DNA from: Ostrea edulis
Taxonomy: Eukaryota
DNA: 64,000 nt
NCBI RefSeq assembly: GCF_947568905.1
Contig: NC_079165.1
Location: forward strand, 72,292,001-72,356,000
Direction of reading: 5' to 3'
Shown here in pieces: positions 36,888-46,646 of the stretch. The translations under genes were made by a program, and so were the position numbers. A model generated the notes under the pieces. The model was not told where the DNA came from and made no database searches. It saw only the letters and a list, made by a program, of their open reading frames with translations. The first letter of the stretch is position 1; each line of letters starts with the position of its first letter.

Positions 36888-39800
36888 CTGGATGCAAAAT
36901 AGCGAACTCTTTCAATGTTACCGATTGCCATAATGAATGAATTTCAAACTACAAACTTGATGTTATATAATTTGCTTGCACTTCACTAGAGTGTTCCACA
37001 ATTAATGTACAGGCTGAGCTGTGCGTCTGCTGAATTAACATACACATGTAATTGATGGATGGTCAATAAAGGGCGCATTCCATATTTTTCTTATAACATA
37101 CAATGTATCAACAAAACCATAAATGAGATTTCAGCAAAGTAGAAAGTATATTACCACAGTAGAAATAAGAAGACCATTGCCAATTTATCAACATGAATAT
37201 GTATATATTTACGTATACGTACATATCGATATAGTTTAAGAAATATGGATAGTTTAGCAAATAATTTGTTTTGCTGTTACTATTGCTTTACATTCTAGTA
37301 GAACCTACTCCCGCAATTTTCCCCAGGTCTCTAATTGTCGTGCATATATCAATGTAGAGACAGAATAAAGGTCGGCAGGGGGCAGACACCAATATATAAG
37401 TCCGTACCCCATGGGTCAGTTTATATTACCAATATGCTTGAAATCCTTGTAGCAAAAAATGTTTACACCAATTTACCATACTAGTGCATCATGGCCGAAT
37501 CAAACTAAGACAAAAATATAGGCAGCGATTGCTTCGTCCCCAAACAATTGACATTTGGAAGTGAGACCCACAGGTCTTTTGGATATATTAACGTTAAAGA
37601 ACCTTCACTGCAACGGCTCTGGGTGCTAAACATAGGTCCAAGCTTTTGGAACTGGTGACGTCTCAGTATGAGTGAACAATTCTCGTCGGTACGACTAACC
37701 ATTATTAAAGCGGAATTTATATTTCCCCTCACAGCCGGTGTATATTTTTACTAATCACTTACGGTATATAGTGACCCGCGCACAGCAACGGTGTGTTTTC
37801 TGCTTTAATATGCTTCACATAAATGGATGAAGTTCTCATTCCTCGGTCACTGGTGTCTAATATATTTATATGTATATGATTTCATGATGAAAACTGTACG
37901 GTGAAATTTTGAGACAGTGCATGCATGATTTGGTAAAGAAATGATACTGACGACATACCTTCCAGTTAAAACTTAATTTGATACCACTTACCAGACACGG
38001 GGAGGTTAAACGGCATGATTCACAATGTGCGTGTCCTCATATTTGGACACGGAATGGAAAAATAAATAATGACATACAAAACACAGAGAAATTATCACTA
38101 CAATGTTGATACCCATTTCCGCTCCTACCCGAGGTTGCATCCACAACCTACGGAACCATATTTCGTAACAGAGCACGATCAGCACGCTAGATCGCTTGAC
38201 CATCTAGGCAAGTCAAAACCCTTGCTTTTTTATAGCAGTGGGAATTTTGATACACTGTCGCACGCTACACAGCTATATATATTTTTTATACATTTATCTC
38301 TTTGCATTGTGTTGTAGTGTATTCTCCTTACAGGAACAGACCCTGTAGATGTATAGTAGAGGACATACTCCTTACAGGAACAGACCCTGTAGATGTATAG
38401 TAGAGGACATACTCCTTACAGGAACAGACCCTGTAGATGTATAGTAGAGGACAGATTGCTTTTCTGATTAAATATGTCATGGTCATAACAGTTGATATTC
38501 TATAGAAGAACTGAAAGGTCAAAGTCAAAGCAATATTTCTTGTTGGTAAGGAGATCTTTAGTCATGGACTAATAATGAAAGTTGGGCATGCTCGGAGGAA
38601 TAGCATGGACTCCCTGGTCATAATGGACATCTTGCTATAACACGTAGATTTACATTTGCGCAAAACGGTTTCCTAACTCGATATTTCGTTAAGGTAGTTC
38701 ATAAAGAGAACTTTACGTTGTAGATGTCATGTTGAAACAATCATTAGAAAAATAAAAACTAATGACACGTCTTTACCCTCGAGTTTGTTGTCCAGGTCGG
38801 AGGTGACCTTGTCGTACTGATTTGGAGAAAGACATTCCGGATCTGGTGTGTCTGGAATGATTTTTCTCGTCCATCGACCTAAGACGGAAAAAAAAAGGAA
38901 AATAATACATATAGGCCAAGTTACCATAAAAGAAGTAGAGTTGGAGTACAAAGAGAGATAACTCCAAACCTTACCCGATACAACTGCACTCTCAATGTTT
39001 CTCTTATTTGAATGCTGTAATGGGAATATTCTCATGATTTTTTTCATCCAAGTTTGTGTTTTTTCTACTGCAGGTTGTCTTTGTTTCCATGATAGTATTC
39101 CTGTATCTTTCACAAGGGTTACATCTGAAGGGTTGCTGGGGGTGTGCTGAGATTGCCTCTCTAATAAGGAAGGGAAAGTGTAAATTATTAATACTACAGT
39201 GTACCAGCAAGCAAAACACTATGAAATGTATAAATATTAGATTCATTTAAGTAAGGAGCGATTCATCCCGACACCACTCCTTTTTTCTTTCTCTCTTTTA
39301 TAACAACTCACCACATGTTAACGATATAGAACCTGCAGTCTGTGTTGTTTTTCACTATTGTTTTATTTATTTTTGAACTACTGAATGTGTATAATACCTT
39401 CATCTTCATGTTTTACGGACTGCCTGAACCGTTTTTTGTGGCGGATGACTGTGTACAAAACGATGACAATGCAAACGATAAAAATGACGACACCGAGCAC
39501 TGATCCAACGATGACTCCTGTCTGGTCGTCGCTCGGAGTTGAGACGGCTGAAATATTGAAGGAAGACGATTTGTATCTGTGATATAGCATTATATTTCAT
39601 ATTTTGAAACGAGTTTGTAATTGAGTTAGTCAAGTAGTTAAGGCTATCCATCGCAACTGGGAGTTCCCGGGTTCCATTTCCCATTCCCGACAGCCACTTC
39701 AAATCTAAGACACTTAACAGGGTTCTTTCACCGATCACCCGGCATCAGAAGCCAGTCACGGGTCTCTCGGATGACTTTATGACTATAAAGAATCCTCACT

Positions 39801-42800
39801 TCTACGACATTGAGCGCCATGCATATACCTGTAGGTCAAAATTTGTGGCACTTCATCTTCGTCTTGTGACGTCTAAATTCACGCACGAGACAATAACAAA
39901 AAAGTTTGTAATCGAGTAAGCTCCCTTGTATTGCGATGTTTTATTTACTTACGACAGACTCCTGCAAAAGAAAAAAGGGAATATATTATAAAACAACCGA
40001 CATTCAGGCACTATGTATGTGTATGCTTTCGAGAAAAGACTGTCTTTCTTACCTGATTTCTGTAGTAGCAGAGTGCCAGATCCGTCTGTCTGTCGGTTTG
40101 TTGCTGTTTGACTCGGCTCACAGCTTCCGGCACTATCGCTCGCCTGAACTACAGACTCATTTTGGACGAACGCCTGATAATACCATTTTTCATGAAAAGA
40201 ACCCTTAATATTTTCAAAATCAATATTTATCATGTTGTATATTGGCAAAAGCATCATTCAGATACTTACAAAACACGTAAAGCGATGCGTTGTCAAGGTA
40301 TCAATGTTCTCGTCGGCATTGTAAACAATGGTAAAGTAATGCTGACTCACATTGTCCATCTTTGTGTGAATGCAATTTACTTCACCACCTTCTAAAATTC
40401 AGGATAAAAAATGACAACAAGTTACAAACTAAATATTCGCCCATTTCTGGACGATAAATATAAATATATACTTTTAAAGAGGAACTAAAGCGTGCTTGAT
40501 GGAAAATGCGTATTAGAATGATATGAAAAGGCGAAGATAACGAACAGTGATTAATCTCATAACCCCTATAAAGAAAAGAAAATTGAGAGTATGGCAAACA
40601 CGGACACCTGGACATACCAGAGGTGCGACCAAGTGCCTCGAAGGAGTAAGCGTCCCCTGTCGACCGGTCACACTCGCCGTGAGCCCTACATCTCGATCGG
40701 GTAAACAGAGTTACATGTATCCAGGGGCGGATCCAGGAATTGCAGTTACGGGGGGCGCCACTTTATGAGGAAATGGGTCCAGGGGGAAGCCCTCGAGGGG
40801 GTCCAGGGGGCGAAGCTCCTGGATTTTATGGGGCTTTAAATATTTCTCCTATTTAGTCATTTGTACTATTTTTTATCATTTTAATAAGGTGAAATTAATA
40901 AAATGACCCAAATTTTAAGGGTTTTTTGGAAAAAATTAAGTTCTCCCAATAAATTAATTCAAGAAATCAAAAGATTTTGTCATTTATTTCTCCGGAAGTG
41001 GAAGAAATTATTGCTTCTTTTGTCGTTTAGTACATTTTTCTAAACAAGATACCACGATTTACCTTAAATTTGAAAATTTTAGGGGGGGGGGCGCCTGCTG
41101 CGCCCCCCTCTAAATCCACCACTGGTATCCGTAATCGAAATCAGTGTGTAAAGAACGGCCTCATTTGGTATGAAACATGTCAGACAGCATTTTACCCAAC
41201 GACAGGTTTTATTGATAAATTACATCGTTATAACGACCTTAGAATTTGCGAAATGATGACTTTAAACGAGACTGTTGAAACCCCTGTAGCATCAACTTAT
41301 TTTTAAGTAGCCTCTCTCTGTATAAATTCTGATCATACGCAGAACAAGCTGTTGCGTATAGAATCAGCTGAGAGATATAAACACCATATGCAGGTGATAG
41401 TGGATTTTACCAGAGAATGCTTGTGTTTTGTTGCACTTTTGGTAGTTGAACTTCACGGTGGTCCCACAGACACTTAACGATGAGTCTGCTCTACAGGAAG
41501 TGGTGTTGAGACTCTGATGCTCATATTTCCATAATCCCTGGAGAAGACTTGGACATTCTTTATAAACAGATAGCGAGGAAACTGAAAGGAAAGAATATTC
41601 ATAAAAGGACAGCGTCGAGCAAACGTACCCGCTTTACAGAGGAATAGTTACCTGTTTTCACTAAGACATGGAATTCCTCCGCCGAAGGATTCGTTGTAGG
41701 ACTACAGCTTGTTTGGATGCTGGAAGATAGAGGTGTTGTCGCAAGTTGCACTCGATACCCATTTACAGTATCTAGATCTGAGAATACAATTTGATATATT
41801 CTGAGAATAGAATTTCATACATGAACAAGATAACTAAAACAGTTTAAGAATATTTTGATCCATTCTTTCTGAGTGGCTGAGATTCAATAAACTAGAAAAA
41901 ATAGAATGTTATGTCCACCTCCACGAGCCTTCGAGGTGAATATAACATTTGATTTTTCCAATATCCAACAAAAACAAATGGGTAATTTCCAAATTGATAT
42001 GATTGTCTATTATTTTTTATCGCCCAATAAAAACTTTCTAATGACTTCCTACTAGGTCTATAATACTCTAGCTGTAAACAAAAATGACCGACCAAGAATC
42101 TTTTTGTTGGCTTTAGCGTCTTCAGTGTTTTAAATCATTCAATCATATAGTGAAATAATAATTGATATTTCTGAGGTCAATACAATGTTTTATTTTAGCT
42201 TGGAGAGCTCGGTCAACATTGTATTTCTCGGGTAACTAGACCATAATACTGAACTAAAAAATGTCAAGTATTGTAGAGGATTCAGTTGAAATATTTCATG
42301 ACACAGTATTATATGACATTTCATTTTCTATATTTGTGAAATCCTGCACGTACCATTGTAAACAACGTAGGAATAGGAAAAATCGGTCAGCTTGGTCCAT
42401 CGGATACATCGCATCGCCCCGAATGTGAACCCTGTGCCCGCAACAGTCTGATCTGCACTATTAGGTGTTAGGAACAAATAATATATATACATGTACATTG
42501 TCTTGACTGATACTCTTTGATGTTATGGGGGGGGGGGGTTACCGTAATTTGTGAACATTCAGAGAACATCGGTAAGAAAGTGCATTGTAAGTACAAGATG
42601 ATTACAATTCACGTTGATTAGGGCGAAAATCAAGGCCGTGTAAGAAACCTGATAAATATCTTCAGTGTGTAGTTTCCATACTATGTGTGAATTTCAATAT
42701 AGATGTACTCACTGGAAAAGAAGTATATTTCCGGAGGAATTCTGACACGTCCATGAATGAAAACTAGTAATATTCCATCCGGATAAAATAGATATGGCGT

Positions 42801-43025
42801 CTATGACAATCTCTCCATCCCCAAATTCGCTGCTAAACCAAGATCCGCCCCAATCAGATGGAAATATACAGCTACAGCCTAATGCAATGATATGACATTT
42901 AAAGATATCTTCAGTTCAGATTTCCAAATGTTATACTCATCTTCTGTAAATTTTCCTATTTCCGACTCACCAATATTTTGAATGCCTCCCAACAATACGA
43001 GATTAGAAAGGAATAGTAATTTCAT
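36010..43025 (-). CDS. 12-exon type-I membrane protein, 729 aa: signal peptide, two Cys-rich repeats (DUF7042-like, from memory), TM, ~400-aa Ser/Glu/Thr-rich tail
   Basis: Exons 43025-42971, 42878-42713, 42457-42354, 41777-41652, 41581-41411, 40391-40270, 40173-40053, 39961-39953, 39547-39398, 39160-38975, 38878-38777, 36887-36010. All introns are GT-AG with matching phases. Total 2190 nt = 730 codons with no internal stop. Confidence 0.8.
38120..38215 (-). mobile_element. Truncated tRNA-derived SINE-like head, in intron 11 of the 12-exon gene
   Basis: gacttgcctagatggtcaagcgatctagcg, a close match to the copy at about 10540-10600. Confidence 0.5.
38324..38453. repeat. Perfect 44-bp tandem repeat, about 3 copies
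   Basis: ctccttacaggaacagaccctgtagatgtatagtagaggacata at 38324, 38368 and 38412. Confidence 0.95.
38777..38878 (-). CDS. Exon 11 of the 12-exon receptor (RWTRKIIPDTPDPEC...DNKLE)
   Basis: Acceptor tttttttttccgtcttAG|GT, donor GAGG|GTAAAG. 102 nt, phase 1 to 1. Confidence 0.78.
38975..39160 (-). CDS. Exon 10 of the 12-exon receptor (cytoplasmic)
   Basis: Acceptor ctttcccttccttattAG|AG, donor TCGG|GTAAGG. 186 nt, phase 1 to 1. Confidence 0.78.
39398..39547 (-). CDS. Exon 9 of the 12-exon receptor: transmembrane exon (GVIVGSVLGVVIFIVCIVIVLYTVI-RHKKR)
   Basis: Acceptor tcttccttcaatatttcAG|CC, donor GAAG|GTATTA. Hydrophobic helix followed by basic stop-transfer residues. Confidence 0.85.
39649..39828 (-). 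pseudogene. Decayed sushi/CCP-like pseudo-exon inside the 12-exon gene
   Basis: Intact phase-1 acceptor ttttgacctacAG|GT. The 180-nt frame reads IC...*KNPVKC..GNGKWNPGTPSCD, matching the C..G.W....P.C end of a CCP module. In-frame TGA at 39730-39728. The expected donor reads G|GATAGC instead of G|GT. Confidence 0.6.
39953..39961 (-). CDS. Exon 8 of the 12-exon receptor: 9-nt microexon (G-V-C)
   Basis: ttcccttttttcttttgcAG|GAGTCTGTC|GTAAGT. Near-ideal acceptor and donor 9 nt apart, phase 1 to 1. Confidence 0.7.
40053..40173 (-). CDS. Exon 7 of the 12-exon receptor (AFVQNESVVQASDSAGSCEPSQT...GTLLLQKS)
   Basis: Acceptor tattatcAG|GCG (an in-frame alternative lies at 40143), donor TCAG|GTAAGA. 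121 nt, phase 0 to 1. Confidence 0.75.
40270..40391 (-). CDS. Exon 6 of the 12-exon receptor (GGEVNCIHTK...VYNADENIDTLTTHRFTCF)
   Basis: Acceptor gaattttAG|AA, donor TTT|GTAAGT. 122 nt, phase 1 to 0. An internal in-frame GTGAGT donor lies at 40350. Confidence 0.78.
40575..41320 (-). mobile_element. Penelope-like retroelement 3' remnant in intron 5 of the 12-exon gene, interrupted by a MITE
   Basis: Minus strand reads RLLKNKLMLQGFQQSRLKSSFRKF*GRYND...LGKMLSDMFH, resembling the LxxKLxxQG(F/Y)xxxRLxxxFxKF RT C-terminus of Penelope-like elements. Premature stops are present. Confidence 0.6.
40722..41124 (-). mobile_element. MITE with 5-bp TSD GTATC, nested in the Penelope-like remnant
   Basis: Termini caggggcggatcc...aaatccaccactg. 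GTATC at 40717-40721 and 41125-41129. Inverted relative to the copy at 9799-10041. Confidence 0.8.
41411..41581 (-). CDS. Exon 5 of the 12-exon receptor (ECPSLLQGLWKY...SVCGTTVKFNYQKCNKTQAFS)
   Basis: Acceptor ttctttcctttcAG|TT, donor TCTG|GTAAAA. 171 nt, phase 1 to 1. Confidence 0.8.
41652..41777 (-). CDS. Exon 4 of the 12-exon receptor (LDTVNGYRVQLATT...TSCSPTTNPSAEEFHVLVKT)
   Basis: Acceptor ttgtattctcAG|AT (an in-frame alternative lies at 41771), donor ACAG|GTAACT. 126 nt, phase 1 to 1. Confidence 0.75.
42354..42457 (-). CDS. Exon 3 of the 12-exon receptor (ADQTVAGTGFTFGAMRCIRWTKLTDFSYSYVVYN)
   Basis: Acceptor cctaatAG|T, donor AATG|GTACGT. 104 nt, phase 2 to 1. Confidence 0.75.
42713..42878 (-). 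CDS. Exon 2 of the 12-exon receptor (CSCIFPSDWGGSWFSS...WTCQNSSGNILLF)
   Basis: Acceptor gcattAG|GC, donor CCA|GTGAGT. 166 nt, phase 1 to 2. Confidence 0.8.
42971..43025 (-). CDS. Exon 1 of the 12-exon receptor: signal peptide MKLLFLSNLVLLGGIQNI
   Basis: ATG at 43025, hydrophobic leader, donor ATTG|GTGAGT (phase 1). Confidence 0.75.
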
Positions 43026-43994
43026 TACTTGTCGAGATAAAGTGTGGTGTAGTCAAATCACTTATTGAAACAACGGGCATAGATATTAAATGGAACGTAT
43101 GATATTGTTCTAGTTCTGCAAGGAAGACGTTTCATTTACTGCACACTTTGTCACAAAACTCGATTTGTTTGAAGAATCATTCACGTGTTGTATTCTGCAA
43201 AACGAAGGTGCTTGATTTCTTTTTTTAACATGGTCGGGAATATATATGTTCGGGTTCTTGTATTCTTATCAAACTCCTTCAAAATTTGTGTATATTACCT
43301 TTATTTTGTATGTACAGTATACCAGTAATGTACATGAATACAATGTACTTACTAGTATACACAAGAAACACGAGCTATTTATTGAGCGTATCAAATACTA
43401 GTAGACAATTTGTTATAATACTGCCTCTGTTAGTATCGCTCCAGTCAAGATATTCCAAGCTATCATAAACCTCGGACGTTGATTTATGATCTCGTACACA
43501 ATTAAATTAATTCTTTCAATAGAAAAGTAGGGATAAATGTGTCATTGAAATATAATTTTACGAAACACAATAAATCTCCGGAAACCCTCAGCTTCTTCAG
43601 ATATAATTGAATTTTTCTACACGGTAATCTTTTTGGTGATAAGAATGATAGCATTTATTTTTCATATTGTATTTTCAGCAGAAATCACAGTGGAAAAACA
43701 CCCACACTTGAACTTTAAATAAAACGCTAAAAAAACCGAGTTTTTTTTTCTTTTCTTTTAATGAATACTCGATGTCAAAATAAATAAAACAATAACAGTG
43801 AGAAGCAATACTGTGTAAGTAAAAGTGAAAGTAATCGCTCAATTTTAAAATTAGAACTGTAAAAAAAAAATAAGAGTTCAATTGTGTCGGTAGCACGAAT
43901 TACTAACAAACTTCAAAGCAAAATGTCATAATGCAATAGTCAAACATGAAATTCTTTGCTTTCTCCCAGTAATAATTCATCAAAAAATTTATCG

Positions 43995-45608
43995 TCAGTC
44001 ATATTCATCATAATGACCTATGTTGTGGACCCTTCGCGTACGTCTTGGAGTCAGATTCCGGACGGTATCGAAGAGATCCTGTTTCGGTTTCTTCTCAGGC
44101 ATATCCGGTTTCTTCTTTCTCGTGCAGCAGTGTATCACTAAACAAATCATTGATGTAATGAAAGCGCTTCCTCCGGCCGCGGCAATCATCATGTAGATCG
44201 TGTTCATTGAGAACACACCCTCCGTAGGTTTGGGTGTTGTTTTGACGTCTGCTGGTGGTTTTGGTGTGGTTTTGGGGGTTGTCGTCTGCTTGACAGTTGT
44301 GGTGGTTGTTGGTTTTGCCGTGGTTGTGACAGGGGTTGTAGTAGTTGTGGTGGTAGGAGTTGTAGTGGTAGGAGTTGTGGTGGTGGTGGTGGTCGGTGTG
44401 GTGGTGGTGGTTGTGGTACTAGTGGTGGTAGTCGGAGTAGTGGTGGTGGTGGTACTGGTGGTGGTAGTGGTAGTAGTTGTGGTAGGTATATCGGTCACCG
44501 TCACCCTCACACTCTCTTCGTTCTGTTTTTTCACATTGTTGACCTGAACTTTCCACATCCCGTCATCATCGACGTCCAAGGAATTTATTGTTAGTACACC
44601 TTTGTCGGAGACGTGATACTTTGAGTGATTGTAGTTGTAATATTTCAATTTTGTGCCATCGGGCTTTATCCAAATGACATCAGGAAACGGATCTCCGCCA
44701 AACGTGCATGACATGTTCAGTAAGGTGTGATATTTCCCGGTCTGTGAACTTGATGTGCACCTGACAGATGCAGGCACACAGATGAGCTTGGAAGATGGAA
44801 CATTGACAATGGACTGGTATTTCAGAGAATCCGGTGAACTACACGTTACGGATTCAGGTATTGGACTGGGCAGTACTTTAACCCATTCTAATGCACAGGT
44901 ACATCTCCAGTTGTTGTTGTCCAAACGCACAGTCTTTATTTTATGTAATTCCATCACACTTGTATTTGATAGCTGTGTAAACGAGTTTCCAGATATATCT
45001 ATGTAACCTAGGTTAGGACTTAGTTTGGTGAAGCTCCAGTCTAAGCGTCGAAGTTTGTTTCCGTGAAGGTCCAGAGTCTTCAGCATTGAAAGACTGTTAA
45101 ACAGTCGCTTATCCAGTACATCCAAATGCATTTCTGCCAGATATAATTCCGTTAGTTGCGTCAAAACGTTGAAAGCGGTCAAAGCTATTTCAGTTCCATT
45201 ATTTCCAGACAAATGCAACACCTTCAGCTTAGATAACCCCTTAAAAGTGTTTTCCGAAATTTCACCAATTTCATTGAAAGAGAGGTCTAACAAAATCAAT
45301 GTGTGCGGTAGAGAACCATCTGTAATGGACTCGACATCGCAGAACGCCATATAAAGTCTTTTCAAATTGGGTAAAGATGAGAAATAAGAATTTTCGACTG
45401 ATGCAATTTTGTTTCTGGATGCAAAAGTACCACTGAGTTGTAAAGCAGTGATTTTTGACGGTAATCCTGACGGGAATCTGGTCATTTCCTGTTTACAGAT
45501 TGCAGAAATATTGGAACACTGGCAGCTTGAGGGACAAGCGCATTCAACAGGTACCCAGTTTACTACAATAAGTACACATATAATCACGAGAGCGCTATTA
45601 TTTTCCAT
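43995..45608 (-). CDS. Intronless LRR-Ig receptor A (537 aa): signal peptide, LRRNT, 7 LRR, LRRCT, I-set-like Ig, Thr-rich stalk, TM, short tail
   Basis: ATG at 45608 (the track starts at the GTG upstream). CPSSCQC cap, LxxLxLxxN repeats, NNWRCTCALEW cap, Ig with MSC/VIW strands, poly-Thr/Pro stalk, TM IYMMIAAAGGSAFITSMICLVI. Confidence 0.93.
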   Translation of the reverse strand: MENNSALVIICVLIVVNWVPVECACPSSCQCSNISAICKQEMTRFPSGLPSKITALQLSGTFASRNKIASVENSYFSSLPNLKRLYMAFCDVESITDGSLPHTLILLDLSFNEIGEISENTFKGLSKLKVLHLSGNNGTEIALTAFNVLTQLTELYLAEMHLDVLDKRLFNSLSMLKTLDLHGNKLRRLDWSFTKLSPNLGYIDISGNSFTQLSNTSVMELHKIKTVRLDNNNWRCTCALEWVKVLPSPIPESVTCSSPDSLKYQSIVNVPSSKLICVPASVRCTSSSQTGKYHTLLNMSCTFGGDPFPDVIWIKPDGTKLKYYNYNHSKYHVSDKGVLTINSLDVDDDGMWKVQVNNVKKQNEESVRVTVTDIPTTTTTTTTTSTTTTTTPTTTTSTTTTTTTPTTTTTTTPTTTTPTTTTTTTPVTTTAKPTTTTTVKQTTTPKTTPKPPADVKTTPKPTEGVFSMNTIYMMIAAAGGSAFITSMICLVIHCCTRKKKPDMPEKKPKQDLFDTVRNLTPRRTRRVHNIGHYDEYD

Positions 45609-46434
45609 CACTGTTTGCTCAATCCTCTGTTGTGCTGAGATGTTTCCGTATCGTTCTCCGTTACCGTCTCTGAAAATACAATTTTGTCTCTACCTCCCGT
45701 CTGTCGTCTTTTTAAAATTTGATATCGCAGTCTCGTTTTAAACCGTTGGAGGTACCTGCTAAAGGTTGTTTAAACCTAATTGATGGGAGTTATTCGTGAT
45801 TCTGGTTGCCTATTCACCGATGGTTTTGCTTTTGATATTTCTCATAATACGTCATGTCAAAATTAATGAATTTACATGAACGAAACAGAGGAATGTCGGA
45901 TTAGAAGGCTTTCAGAGAACAACGTCATGAATCAAACCGTGTATATCTTAATGTCTAGAATAAATCATATTAGAATTTAATGTCTTCAGAAACACAATAG
46001 AGTGGATAGAAAAGTTAAGAGAAAGTTCCGTTGCGTCCAATCACAATGCCGTATGTATTAAATGGCGGGTCCTTTGAGTGATAGCAATACAATTACCCAG
46101 TAATCTAGCAGTTTCTATATAAAATTCTCCCCTAGAAAGCAGCTACTTACTTTCCGATCTTTCATATACTTGTTTTAATTTTCCCTAAAATGGACTTGTT
46201 GATTTTTATAATTAATTTCCAATGATTTTGCATGAATACTATGATATGTTGACGTAGAGGGCAGGTCCTCTTGGATGAGAATTCAGAGATTAATTCAGTT
46301 CGTAAAATAGCTCTCAAATAAACCAACGAATGAATCGTCTAGTGACTTTGTCGAAAAGAGGTATATTTTACATAGAATTTTATTTTGGGTGATTATTTCC
46401 CATCTTTATATATATAAATATATATACACTGTGT

Positions 46435-46461
46435 AGAGAGAGAGAGAGAGAGAGAGAGAGA
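46435..46461. repeat. (AG)n microsatellite
   Basis: Read directly from the sequence. Confidence 0.95.
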
Positions 46462-46579
46462 CTGCACACGACTGTAATTTCAAGCATACTATATCGGACC
46501 TTTATAAAGACTATGTTATACCATATACAACATTGTATAATTATATACACTGTAACAGTCGTCGGTTAGAGATAGTACC

Positions 46580-46611
46580 GGTTGATTGATTGTATCTTGC
46601 TTAACGTCCCT

Positions 46612-46646
<35 letters not shown>

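Noticed and set aside
36179-36940. Plus-strand ORFs of 85-150 aa, and similar ones opposite the cadherin and LRR exons
   Set aside because: Antisense shadows of real minus-strand exons, with no motif support.
37763-37856. Exon-like segment (AG...CC|GTAAGT, open frame) in intron 11 of the orphan gene
   Set aside because: It ends in phase 2 and no downstream acceptor restores the frame. Exon 11 joins exon 12 directly in phase 1. The surrounding sequence looks repeat-derived.
39728-39730. In-frame TGA in the sushi-like exon read as selenocysteine
   Set aside because: It is not at a conserved Cys position, the donor is also lost, and I saw no SECIS-like element.
41919-42071. Strong acceptor plus a 153-nt open segment in intron 3 of the orphan gene, with faint FG..C..W similarity to exon 3 after a frameshift
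   Set aside because: Open only in phase 0 while the flanking junctions are phase 1, where it hits a stop. At best a decayed exon.
44200-44547. Val-rich plus-strand ORFs (also 53730-53999)
   Set aside because: Antisense mirror of the ACN Thr codons in the stalks.
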